A DNA stretch of 64,000 nucleotides from Gammaproteobacteria bacterium (GCA_020051155.1 JAGVJK010000007.1:3636-67635); one strand, 5' to 3'. Shown: positions 7,074 through 18,510, counted from the stretch's first letter. Notes: a model not told the origin generated them from the letters alone. Program-made: numbers and translations.

Positions 7074-7910
7074 GTGATACAGCAACGAGAGGGGTTGGGT
7101 GATTTAATTCGAATTGATCATTTAACGTTCCAACGAAACCAGCAATGTATATTTGATGATATTAGTTTGACCATTCCCAAGGGTCAGATTACAGCAATTA
7201 TGGGCCCCAGTGGTACCGGTAAAACAACGCTATTGCAGTTGATCGGTGGGCGGTTAAAGCCCAACGCCGGCCACCTTTATTATGAGAATCAATGTATTGA
7301 TGGTATGTCGAATAAGCAATTGCTTCGCCTGCGCGAAAAAATGGGCATGCTGTTTCAAAATAGTGCTCTGTTTACGAATTTAACGGTTTATGACAATGTT
7401 GCGTTCCCCATGCGCGAGCATACGCAATTGCCAGAATCTTTTATTAAAGATTTAGTCTTGATGAAATTAGAAGCAGTGGGTTTGCGAGGCGCCCGCAACT
7501 TAATGCCGAGTCAATTATCTGGCGGTATGTCGCGTCGAGTTGCCCTAGCACGCGCCATGGCCTTAGATCCTGAATTGATCATGTATGATGAACCCTTTAC
7601 CGGCCAAGACCCCATTTCTATGGGGGTGTTGGTGAAACTCATTAAGCATTTAAATGATGCATTGGGTATGACCAGTATCATTGTTTCTCACGATGTGCCA
7701 GAAACTGCTAGTATTGCTGATTACATTTATATTTTGGCGCAGGGAAAAATTGTGGGACAGGGAACGCCTCAACAGTTAGCAGATTGTCAAGATCCTCACG
7801 TTTTACAATTCATGCATGGATTACCCGATGGTGTGGTGCCCTTTCATTATCCAGCACCGGATTATCGACAGGATCTTTTAGCATCCTGTAAAGAGAGGGA
7901 AGCATCATGA
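7074..7910 (+). CDS. mlaF: phospholipid ABC transporter ATP-binding protein MlaF
   Basis: ORF track 7029..7910. GTG at 7074 is preceded by agggggcagcagg and gives an MlaF-sized product. Walker [10 protein letters not shown], signature [14 protein letters not shown], Walker B IMYDEP. First gene of the mlaFEDCB order. Confidence 0.85.
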   Translation: MIQQREGLGDLIRIDHLTFQRNQQCIFDDISLTIPKGQITAIMGPSGTGKTTLLQLIGGRLKPNAGHLYYENQCIDGMSNKQLLRLREKMGMLFQNSALFTNLTVYDNVAFPMREHTQLPESFIKDLVLMKLEAVGLRGARNLMPSQLSGGMSRRVALARAMALDPELIMYDEPFTGQDPISMGVLVKLIKHLNDALGMTSIIVSHDVPETASIADYIYILAQGKIVGQGTPQQLADCQDPHVLQFMHGLPDGVVPFHYPAPDYRQDLLASCKEREAS

Positions 7911-8689
7911 TGACAGCCATTCAAAAACTAGGCAGGTCTAGTATTCAATTGTGCGGCAATGTCGGGTATGCCGGTTTATTTCTGATTAAAACCTTGGTGC
8001 GCAAACCACGTCCCATCAAAGGTGCTCCATTATTAATTCAAGAACTTTATTCCATCGGAGTTTTTTCATTACCGATCATTTTAGTGGCATCTATCTTCAT
8101 CGGTATGGTGGTGGGTTTGCAAGGTTATAATATTCTCAGCAAATTCAGCGCAACAGAACAATTAGGCCAACTAGTGGCTTTAAGTGTGGTGCGAGAATTA
8201 GGCCCCGTGGTAGCAGCATTATTGTTCGCAGGTCGAGCCGGCTCTGCTTTGACTGCAGAAATTGGTTTGATGAAAACCACCGAGCAATTAGCCAGTATGG
8301 AAATGATGGGGGTGGATCCCCTCTGGCGAGTGATTGCACCGCGTTTTTGGGCAGGTGTGATTTCTTTGCCATTACTAACTATGATTTTTTGTGCAGTAGC
8401 GGTGATAGGCGGGCATGTCATCGGCGTGGAATGGCTCGGTATTGATACAGGGGCTTTCTGGAGCAACATGCAAGCCTCGGTGGATTTTCACTTAGATGTA
8501 CTTAACGGCATTATTAAAAGCGTTGTCTTTGGTTTTATTGTGACATGGATCGCAGTGTATCAAGGCTATGCGACGGAGCCAACAGCAGCTGGCATCAGTC
8601 GCGCTACAACGCGAACGGTGGTGTATTCATCGTTAGCAGTCTTAGGGATGGACTTTGTATTGACAGCAATTATGATGGGGGGATGGTAA
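7907..8689 (+). CDS. mlaE: phospholipid ABC transporter permease MlaE
   Basis: ORF track, 260 aa. Polytopic membrane protein. 4-nt overlap with mlaF. Conserved position. Confidence 0.85.
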   Translation: MMTAIQKLGRSSIQLCGNVGYAGLFLIKTLVRKPRPIKGAPLLIQELYSIGVFSLPIILVASIFIGMVVGLQGYNILSKFSATEQLGQLVALSVVRELGPVVAALLFAGRAGSALTAEIGLMKTTEQLASMEMMGVDPLWRVIAPRFWAGVISLPLLTMIFCAVAVIGGHVIGVEWLGIDTGAFWSNMQASVDFHLDVLNGIIKSVVFGFIVTWIAVYQGYATEPTAAGISRATTRTVVYSSLAVLGMDFVLTAIMMGGW

Positions 8690-9169
8690 ATGAGTCAAAA
8701 ATGGGTAGAAACGAGCGTTGGCTTGTTTATTTTAGCGGCGATTTTGGGGATGTTGCTTTTAGCATTTAAAGTGAGTGATTTATCCCTGTATGGTGAACAT
8801 GATACGTACACCGTTTTCGCTAAGTTTGACAACATTGGTGATTTAAAACCAAGAGCACCAGTGACCATTGCTGGCGTCAAAATTGGGCAAGTCGTAAGTA
8901 TTAACTTGGATAAAGCGCTTTACAAAGCGACTGTCACGATGCGAATTAAAGCTCGCGATAATAATATTCCCACGGATTCCAGTGCGAACATTGTCACCGC
9001 AGGGTTGTTAGGTTCTAATTACATTGCCATTACACCGGGCTTTGAAACGGCTTTTATGCAGGACAAAGGCGTTATTTCAGAAACCAATTCCGCGATCCTG
9101 TTAGAAGACATGATTGGACAATTGATTTTTAATTCGAAAAAAGGCGATAAGGACGATGAAAAGGTTTAA
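8690..9169 (+). CDS. mlaD: MCE-domain phospholipid-binding protein MlaD
   Basis: ORF track, 159 aa. N-terminal TM anchor plus MCE-like core (LKPRAPVTIAGVKIGQV). Synteny. Confidence 0.85.
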   Translation: MSQKWVETSVGLFILAAILGMLLLAFKVSDLSLYGEHDTYTVFAKFDNIGDLKPRAPVTIAGVKIGQVVSINLDKALYKATVTMRIKARDNNIPTDSSANIVTAGLLGSNYIAITPGFETAFMQDKGVISETNSAILLEDMIGQLIFNSKKGDKDDEKV

Positions 9170-9196
9170 AGCCTGCATCAACAGTTGGAGAGCATT

Positions 9197-9802
9197 ATGA
9201 GAAAAGTGATACAAACAGGCTTGTTAATTTTGTTAGGTTGGAGCTGTTTAGCCTTCAGCGTGCCATCACCCGTAGCAACGCTGCAGGAGACTTCAAACCA
9301 AATGCTGCAGGCGTTAAAAAACAATCCTCAGGCTAAGAACAATCGTAGCTATACCGAAGTTTTGGCGAGGAAAATTCTGTTGCCCCATGTTGATGTTTCT
9401 ACGATGTCGCGTTTAGTGTTAGGACGTGAAGCATGGTTACAGGCAACATCAGCGCAACAAGAACAATTTAAGCAAGAATTTGCAACCTTTATGATTCGTA
9501 CTTATTCAGCAGCGCTTGCAGCTTATACCAATGAGGCTATCAAGTTTTTACCGATGCGTGATGACTATCAACATCAGGAGCGAGTGTTAGTAAAAAGTTT
9601 GATTTTGCAACAAGGCGGACCTTCAATTCCTGTGGATTATCGTTTGGTTTTAAAATCAGACCAATGGATGCTCTACGATATTACCGTGGATAGCGTCAGC
9701 ATGGTTCGTAGTTTCCGTTCACAGTTTAATAGTGAATTGAGTAAAGGCGGTATGAATGGCTTATTAGTGGCCATGCAAAAACACAATAGCATGAAGAGTT
9801 AA
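9197..9802 (+). CDS. mlaC: periplasmic phospholipid-binding protein MlaC (Ttg2D family)
   Basis: ORF track 9185..9802. ATG at 9197 follows ggagag. Signal peptide (LLILLGWSCLAFS). Synteny. Confidence 0.8.
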   Translation: MRKVIQTGLLILLGWSCLAFSVPSPVATLQETSNQMLQALKNNPQAKNNRSYTEVLARKILLPHVDVSTMSRLVLGREAWLQATSAQQEQFKQEFATFMIRTYSAALAAYTNEAIKFLPMRDDYQHQERVLVKSLILQQGGPSIPVDYRLVLKSDQWMLYDITVDSVSMVRSFRSQFNSELSKGGMNGLLVAMQKHNSMKS

Positions 9803-9806
9803 GACC

Positions 9807-10103
9807 ATGGCCACCATTAACAAAAATGCCACAGGCCATCTTTTAGTATCCGGGCACTTGAATTATGCCACGGTTCCTGATATACACATCGCCGCCCAGG
9901 CGCTTCTTTCCAACACGAGCGACATTGTGGTGGATTTGAGTCAGGTACAGTACAGCAATAGTGCAGGCTTGGCGTTGTTGGCGCAGTGGTATCGATTTGC
10001 TTTATCACACCGGCAACCTTTTCAAGTGATCAATCCTCCAGCGCAATTGTTGGCTATTGCGAGGGTGACCGGGATGGATAAAGTATTGCAATTAAACCAA
10101 TGA
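9807..10103 (+). CDS. mlaB: STAS-domain protein MlaB
   Basis: ORF track, 98 aa. STAS-like (VDLSQVQYSNSAGLALL). Follows mlaC. Confidence 0.75.
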   Translation: MATINKNATGHLLVSGHLNYATVPDIHIAAQALLSNTSDIVVDLSQVQYSNSAGLALLAQWYRFALSHRQPFQVINPPAQLLAIARVTGMDKVLQLNQ

Positions 10104-10113
10104 GAAGAACAAC

Positions 10114-10362
10114 GTGGAACCCAGCGAATTAAAACAATTATTACAACAAGGGCTGCCGGATGCGCAAATCCAAATTGACGGTGATGGCCGTCATTTTGAT
10201 TTAGTGATTATTTCCAGCGAATTTATCGGTAAAAGCAAAGTGCAACAGCAACAACGAGTCTATCAAATCGTGAATGCCGCTATTGCGGATGGATCCCTAC
10301 ATGCATTGTCGATGAAAACTTATACGCCAGAACAATGGGCCACAATTAACCAAAACCAATGA
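10114..10362 (+). CDS. ibaG: BolA-family protein (IbaG/YrbA-like)
   Basis: ORF track, 82 aa (GTG start). BolA signature G.HF..VIIS..F.GKS...QQRVY and HALS.KTYTPEQW. Lies between mlaB and murA, as in E. coli. Confidence 0.8.
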   Translation: MEPSELKQLLQQGLPDAQIQIDGDGRHFDLVIISSEFIGKSKVQQQQRVYQIVNAAIADGSLHALSMKTYTPEQWATINQNQ

Positions 10363-10370
10363 TTTTTTAA

Positions 10371-11645
<1,275 letters not shown>

Positions 11646-11661
11646 CCGAGAGAGGTCCGAT

Positions 11662-12420
11662 ATGGCACTGCGCAGCGAAATGGATCAATATTTAACGTCG
11701 ATCATGCAACCGCAAAACTATGTGGATTATTCACCGAATGGTTTGCAAGTGCAGGGGAAAGAAGAGGTTCACGTTTTGGTGTCAGGCGTTAGTGCTTGTC
11801 AAGCGTTGCTCGATCAAGCCATTGCCTGCCAAGCAGATGTGATTTTAGTGCATCATGGTTATTTTTGGCGAAGTGAACCAGTAGAAGTTACCGGGATCAA
11901 ATACCAGCGATTAAGCACCTTGTTAACCCACAATATTAATTTATTTGCGTATCACATTCCCTTAGATGCGAATACTATTTTTGGTAACAATGTGCAGTTG
12001 GCAAAACATTTGAAATTGCCGTTAATTGGTCCCTTGTCGTCTCACAAAGAAGATGCGTTAATTCTACATGGAGAATATAAAGAGCCTATTAGCTTAGAAG
12101 CTTTAGGTGCGTGTATTGAGACGGGATTGCAGCGTGCTCCTTTAATCATTGCCGGTGGTGATCATCCGATCAAACGAATCGCTTGGTGCACCGGTGCAGG
12201 GCAAGAATTTTTTGCAAAAGCGATTGATGCGGGCATGGATTGCTTTATTACTGGCGAAGTTTCAGAATATTGTGTTCATATGGCCCGTGAAGCAAAGGTA
12301 CATTTTATTTCAGCTGGGCATCATGCGACGGAGCGCTATGGCGTAAAAGCCTTAGGGGATCATTTAGCAGAAGCATTTGATATAAAGCATCAATTTATTG
12401 ATATTGACAGTCCAGTCTAG
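11662..12420 (+). CDS. Nif3-family dinuclear metal-centre protein (YbgI-like)
   Basis: ORF track 11533..12420 overlaps murA. Internal ATG at 11662 (MALRSEMDQYL...DYSPNGLQVQGKEEV...ILVHHGYFW) matches the YbgI N-terminus. Confidence 0.8.
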   Translation: MALRSEMDQYLTSIMQPQNYVDYSPNGLQVQGKEEVHVLVSGVSACQALLDQAIACQADVILVHHGYFWRSEPVEVTGIKYQRLSTLLTHNINLFAYHIPLDANTIFGNNVQLAKHLKLPLIGPLSSHKEDALILHGEYKEPISLEALGACIETGLQRAPLIIAGGDHPIKRIAWCTGAGQEFFAKAIDAGMDCFITGEVSEYCVHMAREAKVHFISAGHHATERYGVKALGDHLAEAFDIKHQFIDIDSPV

Positions 12421-12439
12421 TTAAAGGTGTTAGCCATTT

Positions 12440-13312
12440 ATGAAAGTTGTACAATCTGCAGGGCTTGATCGTCCCAAGCTAAGCGCTCTGCGAAAATTAA
12501 TGGCCATTTGTCAGAAAAAAGATGGTCGTAAAATTAGAATTTATTGGAATATTATTGGCAAAGAGCGTTATATTCCTGGGGATTATTGCGTTATTTCCGA
12601 TCGTAATTTAGTGGCATATTTAGGCGCGTTTATTTTTAATGATGGTGAAGCAGAAATTACCGCAGTGGTGAATCCTAAATATCGTCGTCACGGTGTTTTT
12701 AAAGAGTTATTAAAACGAGCCGCGACCATGGTGAAGCCCTTTGGTACGAATACCTTGGTATTGTGTTGCCCCTATAATTTTCCACCGTCGCAAGCATGCT
12801 TAAAAAAATATAACGCGACACACCGCCATACAGAATATGATATGCGCTGGAAAAATGAAACAGTACTCGATTTTTCGGAAAAACCAGATTTTCATACACG
12901 CCTTGCATCAATCGATGATTTAGAAGATATGGTGGCGGTGGACGCCGAGTGTTTTCATGCGTCACTGGAAAAAGTTAGGATCCATTTTTCTAATAATTTT
13001 AGAGAGAGCAATCGCGAAGCGTGGTTACTCTTTCACGATGACGAGTTTGTTGGAAAAATTCATTTTCGCTACGATGAAGATGCTGCATTTATTCATAACG
13101 TTTGTATTAAGCCAGAGTTTCAAGGCAGAGGTTATGGTTCTTACTTTTTAAAACGAGCGTTAAACTATTTAACCAACGGGGGCCACCGTTGCATCCGCTT
13201 GGATGTAGAAGCGGTCAACGAAGGCGCTTTATCTCTTTACCTACGCTTAGGTTTTGTTGCCACTCAAATTTACGAATTCTGGGAAATGCCCATCGAGAAT
13301 GCGCTGAAATAG
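12440..13312 (+). CDS. GNAT-family N-acetyltransferase (two-lobed)
   Basis: ORF track, 290 aa. C-terminal GNAT motif A (IKPEFQGRGYGSYFLKRAL). The N-terminal half also looks GNAT-like (VNPKYRRHGVFKELL). Confidence 0.65.
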   Translation: MKVVQSAGLDRPKLSALRKLMAICQKKDGRKIRIYWNIIGKERYIPGDYCVISDRNLVAYLGAFIFNDGEAEITAVVNPKYRRHGVFKELLKRAATMVKPFGTNTLVLCCPYNFPPSQACLKKYNATHRHTEYDMRWKNETVLDFSEKPDFHTRLASIDDLEDMVAVDAECFHASLEKVRIHFSNNFRESNREAWLLFHDDEFVGKIHFRYDEDAAFIHNVCIKPEFQGRGYGSYFLKRALNYLTNGGHRCIRLDVEAVNEGALSLYLRLGFVATQIYEFWEMPIENALK

Positions 13313-13314
13313 TA

Positions 13315-13626
13315 GAGCTGTATGAAGGTGTCTGGCACACTGATTTGGAAAACGGACGTACCTTTTTTCTAACAAATAAAAAAGAGAACTAGCGTTGAAG
13401 CATTCTCGTGTGCCTGACACCGCCCACGCCGATCTCAAATAAAACAGTTTCTTTTTGATGGAATATTTCGAATTAATATTGATTAACTAGGAGGCTCTTC
13501 GTCGAGCGCTCAGTGTAGGCGGTGTCAGGCACACGAGAATGCTTCAACGCTGGTTCTCTTTTTATTGCTGCGGAATATTAGAGTCTTTTTTTCCAAATCA
13601 ATGTGCCAGACACCTTCACACAGATC
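13315..13626. mobile_element. MITE-like nested inverted-repeat element, family 1, copy 2 (312 bp, TA-flanked, opposite orientation to copy 1)
   Basis: Same outer (..tgaaggtgtctggcacactgatttggaaaa) and inner (agagaac.agcgt.gaagcattctcgtgtgcctgacaccg) IRs as copy 1. The whole element is the reverse complement of copy 1. TA at 13313-14 and 13627-28. Begins 2 nt after the GNAT stop. Confidence 0.8.
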
Positions 13627-13729
13627 TAATGTTTTAAGATCCTTATCAAAATTTACGGGGGCTCTTTGTGTAGTCAGTCTACACGTTGCAACCCCCCCGT
13701 GCCTAGGCACAATCTTTGTTTCTGTTCCC

Positions 13730-15136
13730 TTATCGTTTAATCACAAAGAACGCAGCGCCATTGCCACGTAAAATATTCAACAACAATTCCGATTGTTTAT
13801 TATCAATCGACCCTTTCAACTGATCGATATCGTGTACAGGTTTTAAATTGGAAGAAACGATCACGTCGCCAGTACGTAAACCTGCTTGCCATGCTGGTGA
13901 ATTATCGCTGGCATTTAAAACTTGGATACCTTGCACATGACCAAAGTTAGGCACTTCTGCATCAAAGTTTCGCATGATAACGCCAAAGAGGAATGGGTTA
14001 CTGATTTCGTTTTGTTTTTTGTAAGCATTTGGGTCGGCGGTGAGTAATTTAAAGTTTTGTGTTTTTCCATCTCTCAACACCAACAAATTAATTTCACTAC
14101 CGGAGCGAACCAAGCCGATGGTATTTTTCACCTGTCCTGCTCGTTGCACTTCTTGAGAATTAATTTTCTCAATGATATCACCCGCACGCAAACCAGCAGC
14201 TGCAGCAGGAGAGTTAGGGCTTACGGAGGTGACGATAGCACCTTTCAAATTACCATCCACATGAAACGCCTTAGCAAGCTCAGGTGTGAGACTTTGAATC
14301 ATAACACCCGCGATACCGCGACCAATGCGACCATATTGAATCAGTTGGTCCATCACATTTTTAATCATATCCACGGGGATCGCAAAACCAATCCCGACAT
14401 TGCCACCGCTCGGCGCTAAAATGGCAGTGTTCATTCCCACTAATTGGCCTTGTAGATTGACTAAAGCACCGCCGGAGTTACCAGGATTAATCGATGCATC
14501 GGTTTGAATGAAATCTTCATAACCTTCGATTTGTAAATCATCTCGTTGCAAAGCGCTAACAATACCGGAGGTCACCGTTTGATTCAGACCAAAGGGGCTA
14601 CCGATAGCCACTACAAAATCACCTACTTCTAATTTGCTCGCATCACTAAAAGTGATCGCTTGTAAATTAGGTGCTTTGATTTGTAATACAGCGATGTCGG
14701 AAGCTAAGTCCACACCTTTAATGCCGGCGCGATAACGACGGCCGTCATTGAGAGTAATCGTGATAGTTTGTGCTTGAGAAATCACATGGGCATTCGTGAT
14801 AATAAACCCGTGCTCAGCATCGACAATGACACCTGAGCCAAAGCTTTGAAACTTTTTAACATACCCACTACCGCCGGCATCATCACCGCTATTATCCCCA
14901 TCCTTACCTTTACCACGGCTGGAGGGTGGCTCGTTGAAGGGGTTTTGTGCGGTAACAGTTTGTCCTTGCGAGGAAATATTCACAACAGAGGGCATCACGC
15001 GCTTTAACATGGGGGATAAACTGGGGAGCGTCTGCCCATTTACCGCCGGCGGCAATGCAGCCAAGGCCACGGAGGGAAGGGTGCTGCCAAAGGATAAAGC
15101 CGCTGCTAGGGTCGTTAAACGTAATAATGTTTTCAT
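13730..15136 (-). CDS. periplasmic serine endoprotease, DegP/DegQ/HtrA family (trypsin domain + 2 PDZ)
   Basis: ORF track 13730..15184. Likely start at MKTLLRLTTLAAALSF (15136), giving a signal peptide. Catalytic motifs TNAHV, DIAVL, GNSGGAL. Confidence 0.9.
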   Translation of the reverse strand: MKTLLRLTTLAAALSFGSTLPSVALAALPPAVNGQTLPSLSPMLKRVMPSVVNISSQGQTVTAQNPFNEPPSSRGKGKDGDNSGDDAGGSGYVKKFQSFGSGVIVDAEHGFIITNAHVISQAQTITITLNDGRRYRAGIKGVDLASDIAVLQIKAPNLQAITFSDASKLEVGDFVVAIGSPFGLNQTVTSGIVSALQRDDLQIEGYEDFIQTDASINPGNSGGALVNLQGQLVGMNTAILAPSGGNVGIGFAIPVDMIKNVMDQLIQYGRIGRGIAGVMIQSLTPELAKAFHVDGNLKGAIVTSVSPNSPAAAAGLRAGDIIEKINSQEVQRAGQVKNTIGLVRSGSEINLLVLRDGKTQNFKLLTADPNAYKKQNEISNPFLFGVIMRNFDAEVPNFGHVQGIQVLNASDNSPAWQAGLRTGDVIVSSNLKPVHDIDQLKGSIDNKQSELLLNILRGNGAAFFVIKR

Positions 15137-15333
15137 AAGGTTAGACTCTCTCAAAAGGTTAAAGAAGATGCCAAGTGGCGTCATTATCTGTGATTTTGCC
15201 TACAAGCTCAACAAAAACATACAGTTGCAAGGGGTATTCCGTAATAAATGCTTAAGGTTAGTTTGGTAGGATCAGTGTTAATTAATAAATATTTTATTTA
15301 GTTATTGTTTTGAGATACCTGTGTTATAGGGGA

Positions 15334-16833
15334 ATGATGATGTTGGAAAAGTCTAGTGACTATCAACTGGGGGAGCAAGAGTCCCATGTTGAATTACATA
15401 GTAGCGATAACGACTCAGATGCTTTTGATCTTGAAGAAGAAGTAGGATTGCCAGAGGATCAACTGCCATTCACTATTGAAACCGATTTAAAGCAAGCGAA
15501 ATTCTTTGTTGCTGTTGCTAAAGAAGGCATACACTCATTTTTAATACTTGGTTTTAAGCAGAACGATGAAGTACAGATACTTCACAAATTTGGTGAGAAC
15601 TTTATGCTTGAGTGGCAGGGGCAGTTACGACTGTATTCTCAAGAGCAAAGCATGGAAGGTCAAACGGGACGGGTGATCAGCTTATGGAAAAACTCAGACC
15701 AAGACCTTTGTTACCTCATTTCCGATCCGAATAATCCAGATCAACATAATAGGAGTGGTTCTATCAAAATCGCGTTAGGACAAGATGAATTAACGGAAGA
15801 GTTTCTTCAAATTTATAGAAATGACATATTAAGAGAAATATGGATGGCCAGAAATATTGAAGAGGATGAACCATCGTCAGTAAAGCCGTGTAAAGTGCTT
15901 TTTGCTTCAGAAGATGCTTGTTTGATTGATGAGTTTAGTTTTTGGCCTGAAAGTGGGCCTAAATCAACAAAAGATATTACTTATTTCCCTGCTAATGAAA
16001 TTTCTTTTAAAGAATATCAAGATTTTCTTAATTTTATTCGTCCGGCGCTGTTAGGTCAGTTGTCAATGTATATGCCTTTAGAATTTAGTGAAGATAAAGT
16101 TTTCTGGGTGAAAAAGCAGACGGCAGCTACGGAGTGTAAAAGAGCTAAAAAAGCAGAGTCTACGGTTACCCATTCTCCAGAAGCGATTATCAGTTCGCAG
16201 TTAAAAAAACAAGAAAAATGCTTGAAAAATTCTGAAGATGTTAAGATAACGAATACCTGCCGAACGATGGCAATAAAATTAGGGAGACGAGCTGCTAAAT
16301 TGGAAAAAGGAGATTTAAGGCCCAATGTACCCAGTCTGTTTTTTCAAAATCTTCCTATTAAGACTCAGCTTACTAAGCAAGCAGTTGCAGCAAATGGGGC
16401 GCGAGATCAAGGGAGATTTAAAAAAGCCACTCCACGTGGTTATTTCTATATTTTGCCGTCCCCACCACGAGCTAATCTTTCTGTAGAGAAAAAGGGATTG
16501 TTGATTAAGATTTATAAAAGAATGGAAGATCTTGTAAAGAAAGCACCAGATGATGAGATCACCATTAAAAAATTTGAAGCACTAAAGTTGCTTTACCAGC
16601 AATGTTTGGAAGCAGCTTCAATGACGGATGTACGTTCCGTTATTTCTAGCTGGAAAGCTGAACATGGTGATACCATTAAAGAATTAAGAGCGCCTTGTTT
16701 TTTTAGCCGTGCACTTGATCTTAAATCTTCAACAGAAAAGATGATTGACGAAATTGAGCAAAGCTTTGAAACGCGCGACACTAGCATATTGCGTTTCTGT
16801 CCTTCATTTGAGGATATGGTATTTCGCTTTTAG
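15334..16833 (+). CDS. orphan hypothetical protein (about 500 aa), acidic N-terminus; candidate effector
   Basis: ORF track 15310..16833. ATG triplet at 15334-15342 follows agggga. No motif I recognise. AT-rich relative to neighbours. Confidence 0.6.
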   Translation: MMMLEKSSDYQLGEQESHVELHSSDNDSDAFDLEEEVGLPEDQLPFTIETDLKQAKFFVAVAKEGIHSFLILGFKQNDEVQILHKFGENFMLEWQGQLRLYSQEQSMEGQTGRVISLWKNSDQDLCYLISDPNNPDQHNRSGSIKIALGQDELTEEFLQIYRNDILREIWMARNIEEDEPSSVKPCKVLFASEDACLIDEFSFWPESGPKSTKDITYFPANEISFKEYQDFLNFIRPALLGQLSMYMPLEFSEDKVFWVKKQTAATECKRAKKAESTVTHSPEAIISSQLKKQEKCLKNSEDVKITNTCRTMAIKLGRRAAKLEKGDLRPNVPSLFFQNLPIKTQLTKQAVAANGARDQGRFKKATPRGYFYILPSPPRANLSVEKKGLLIKIYKRMEDLVKKAPDDEITIKKFEALKLLYQQCLEAASMTDVRSVISSWKAEHGDTIKELRAPCFFSRALDLKSSTEKMIDEIEQSFETRDTSILRFCPSFEDMVFRF

Positions 16834-16838
16834 TGCTC

Positions 16839-17567
16839 TCACGTCTGCATCCAAATCAAACTAGCCATGCGCCCAGTTTGTTGATCGCGACGAAAAGAAT
16901 AAAATAACTCAGACTCGGTCATCGTACAATGATCACCGCCATACACAGCGGTGATTCCCAAACCGGCTAATTGTAATCGCGCCAATTGATAAAGATTACC
17001 AAGCCATTTGCCATGACTCTTCGCAACAAACGCCATTTCATGTTGTGGATTCTGTCGCAAGAAACAGTCTCGCACATCATCACCCACCTCAAATTTTTGC
17101 GGCCCAATGGCTGGCCCTAACCAAGCTAATACTTCATCATCTGCGAGATTCATTGTCTCAACAGTCTTCGCCAAAATTCCTTGAGCCAAACCACGCCACC
17201 CACCATGAATAGCAGCAACCTGCGTTCCACTTCGATTACAAAGTAAAACCGGCAAACAATCTGCAGTCAAAATCCCGCAAACTTTTTGTGGCTGATTCGT
17301 ATAAACAGCATCAGCCTCTGTCGCTGTTGTCACAGCATTCGCATCAACAGCACAGTTGCCATGAACTTGTCGCAGCCAGTGCGGTGCAGCCGGTAGTCGT
17401 GTTTGCAATAAGGCACGATTGTCTAATACAGATTGAAGATCATCTCCCACATGTTCGCCTAAATTAAAACTATCGTAAGGCGCTTGCGAGCAACCGCCAA
17501 TGCGCGTTGTTGTAAAAGCGACAATATTGCTAGGCGCAGGCCAATTAGCGTGGATCATCTGCATCAT
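16839..17567 (-). CDS. pgeF: peptidoglycan editing factor PgeF / YfiH (DUF152 laccase-like)
   Basis: ORF track, 242 aa. Motifs QVHG, TADCLPVLL, IHGGWRG. Downstream of rluD, as in E. coli rluD-yfiH. Confidence 0.85.
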   Translation of the reverse strand: MMQMIHANWPAPSNIVAFTTTRIGGCSQAPYDSFNLGEHVGDDLQSVLDNRALLQTRLPAAPHWLRQVHGNCAVDANAVTTATEADAVYTNQPQKVCGILTADCLPVLLCNRSGTQVAAIHGGWRGLAQGILAKTVETMNLADDEVLAWLGPAIGPQKFEVGDDVRDCFLRQNPQHEMAFVAKSHGKWLGNLYQLARLQLAGLGITAVYGGDHCTMTESELFYSFRRDQQTGRMASLIWMQT

Positions 17568-18510
17568 AGGGTGCCCTCAATAACAGCGTTAATTGTTGCA
17601 TATCCTCAGGAACTGGCGCATAAAAAGATAACGTCTCTCCCGTAATCGGATGTTGTAAATGAAGTTCTTTCGCATGCAATGCTTGGCGTTTGAATTGTTG
17701 CAAAGCCTGAATCAATGCAGGACTCGCTGCTGGTGGCAAACGAAAGCGTCCACCATAAACAGGATCCCCCACAATCGGATGATGAATATGCGCCATGTGC
17801 ACGCGAATTTGGTGAGTACGCCCAGTTTCCAAACGCACATCAATTCGAGTATGAGCAGGAAACCGTTCTAATACACGATAGTGTGTAACAGCGGGTTTTC
17901 CATGTTCAACCACCGCCATTCGCTTACGGTCCATCGGATGACGATTGATCGGCGCATCCACCGTGCCGCCAGCGGTCATTGCACCGGTGACGATGGCTTC
18001 ATAACAACGCCCCATGGTGCGCGTTTGTAATTGCTGGACTAAGGAATTGTGTGCCTCAGCAATACGAGCGACGACTAACAATCCTGTGGTGTCTTTATCT
18101 AAGCGATGCACAATGCCCGCTCGAGGTAATAAGCTTAATTCAGGATAACGCGTTAATAAGCCATTTACCAAGGTGCCATTAGGCGTGCTATCCGCGGGAT
18201 GCACTACGAGATTTGCGGGTTTATTTACAACGATGATGGCTTCATCCTCATACACAACATCAATGGGAATCGCTTCCGGCAACCAAATTTCAGTATCTAC
18301 TAAATCAGCATGCAAGATAACTTCCTCACCACCTTGCACCGTGTCGCGTGGACGTAATAGTGCGCCATTCACCGTAATGTTGCCTAATTTAATCCAATGC
18401 TGAATGCGAGTGCGTGAATAAGCGGGCCAGATCCAGCCCAGAGCTTGATCCAGTCGCATGCCATGGAGGTGTTCTGGAATAATGACCTGTTGTTCAATTG
18501 TTTGTGCCAT
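17545..18510 (-). CDS. rluD: 23S rRNA pseudouridine synthase RluD
   Basis: ORF track, 321 aa. S4-like N-terminus, catalytic HRLDKDTTGLLVVAR. Divergent from bamD. Confidence 0.9.
   Translation of the reverse strand: MAQTIEQQVIIPEHLHGMRLDQALGWIWPAYSRTRIQHWIKLGNITVNGALLRPRDTVQGGEEVILHADLVDTEIWLPEAIPIDVVYEDEAIIVVNKPANLVVHPADSTPNGTLVNGLLTRYPELSLLPRAGIVHRLDKDTTGLLVVARIAEAHNSLVQQLQTRTMGRCYEAIVTGAMTAGGTVDAPINRHPMDRKRMAVVEHGKPAVTHYRVLERFPAHTRIDVRLETGRTHQIRVHMAHIHHPIVGDPVYGGRFRLPPAASPALIQALQQFKRQALHAKELHLQHPITGETLSFYAPVPEDMQQLTLLLRAPYDADDPR

Noticed and set aside
13189-13771. ORF-track entries 13189..13392, 13247..13438, 13525..13710 and 13565..13771.
   Set aside because: Same reason: these are repeat-derived reading frames inside or overlapping MITE copy 2, or out-of-frame within the GNAT 3' end.
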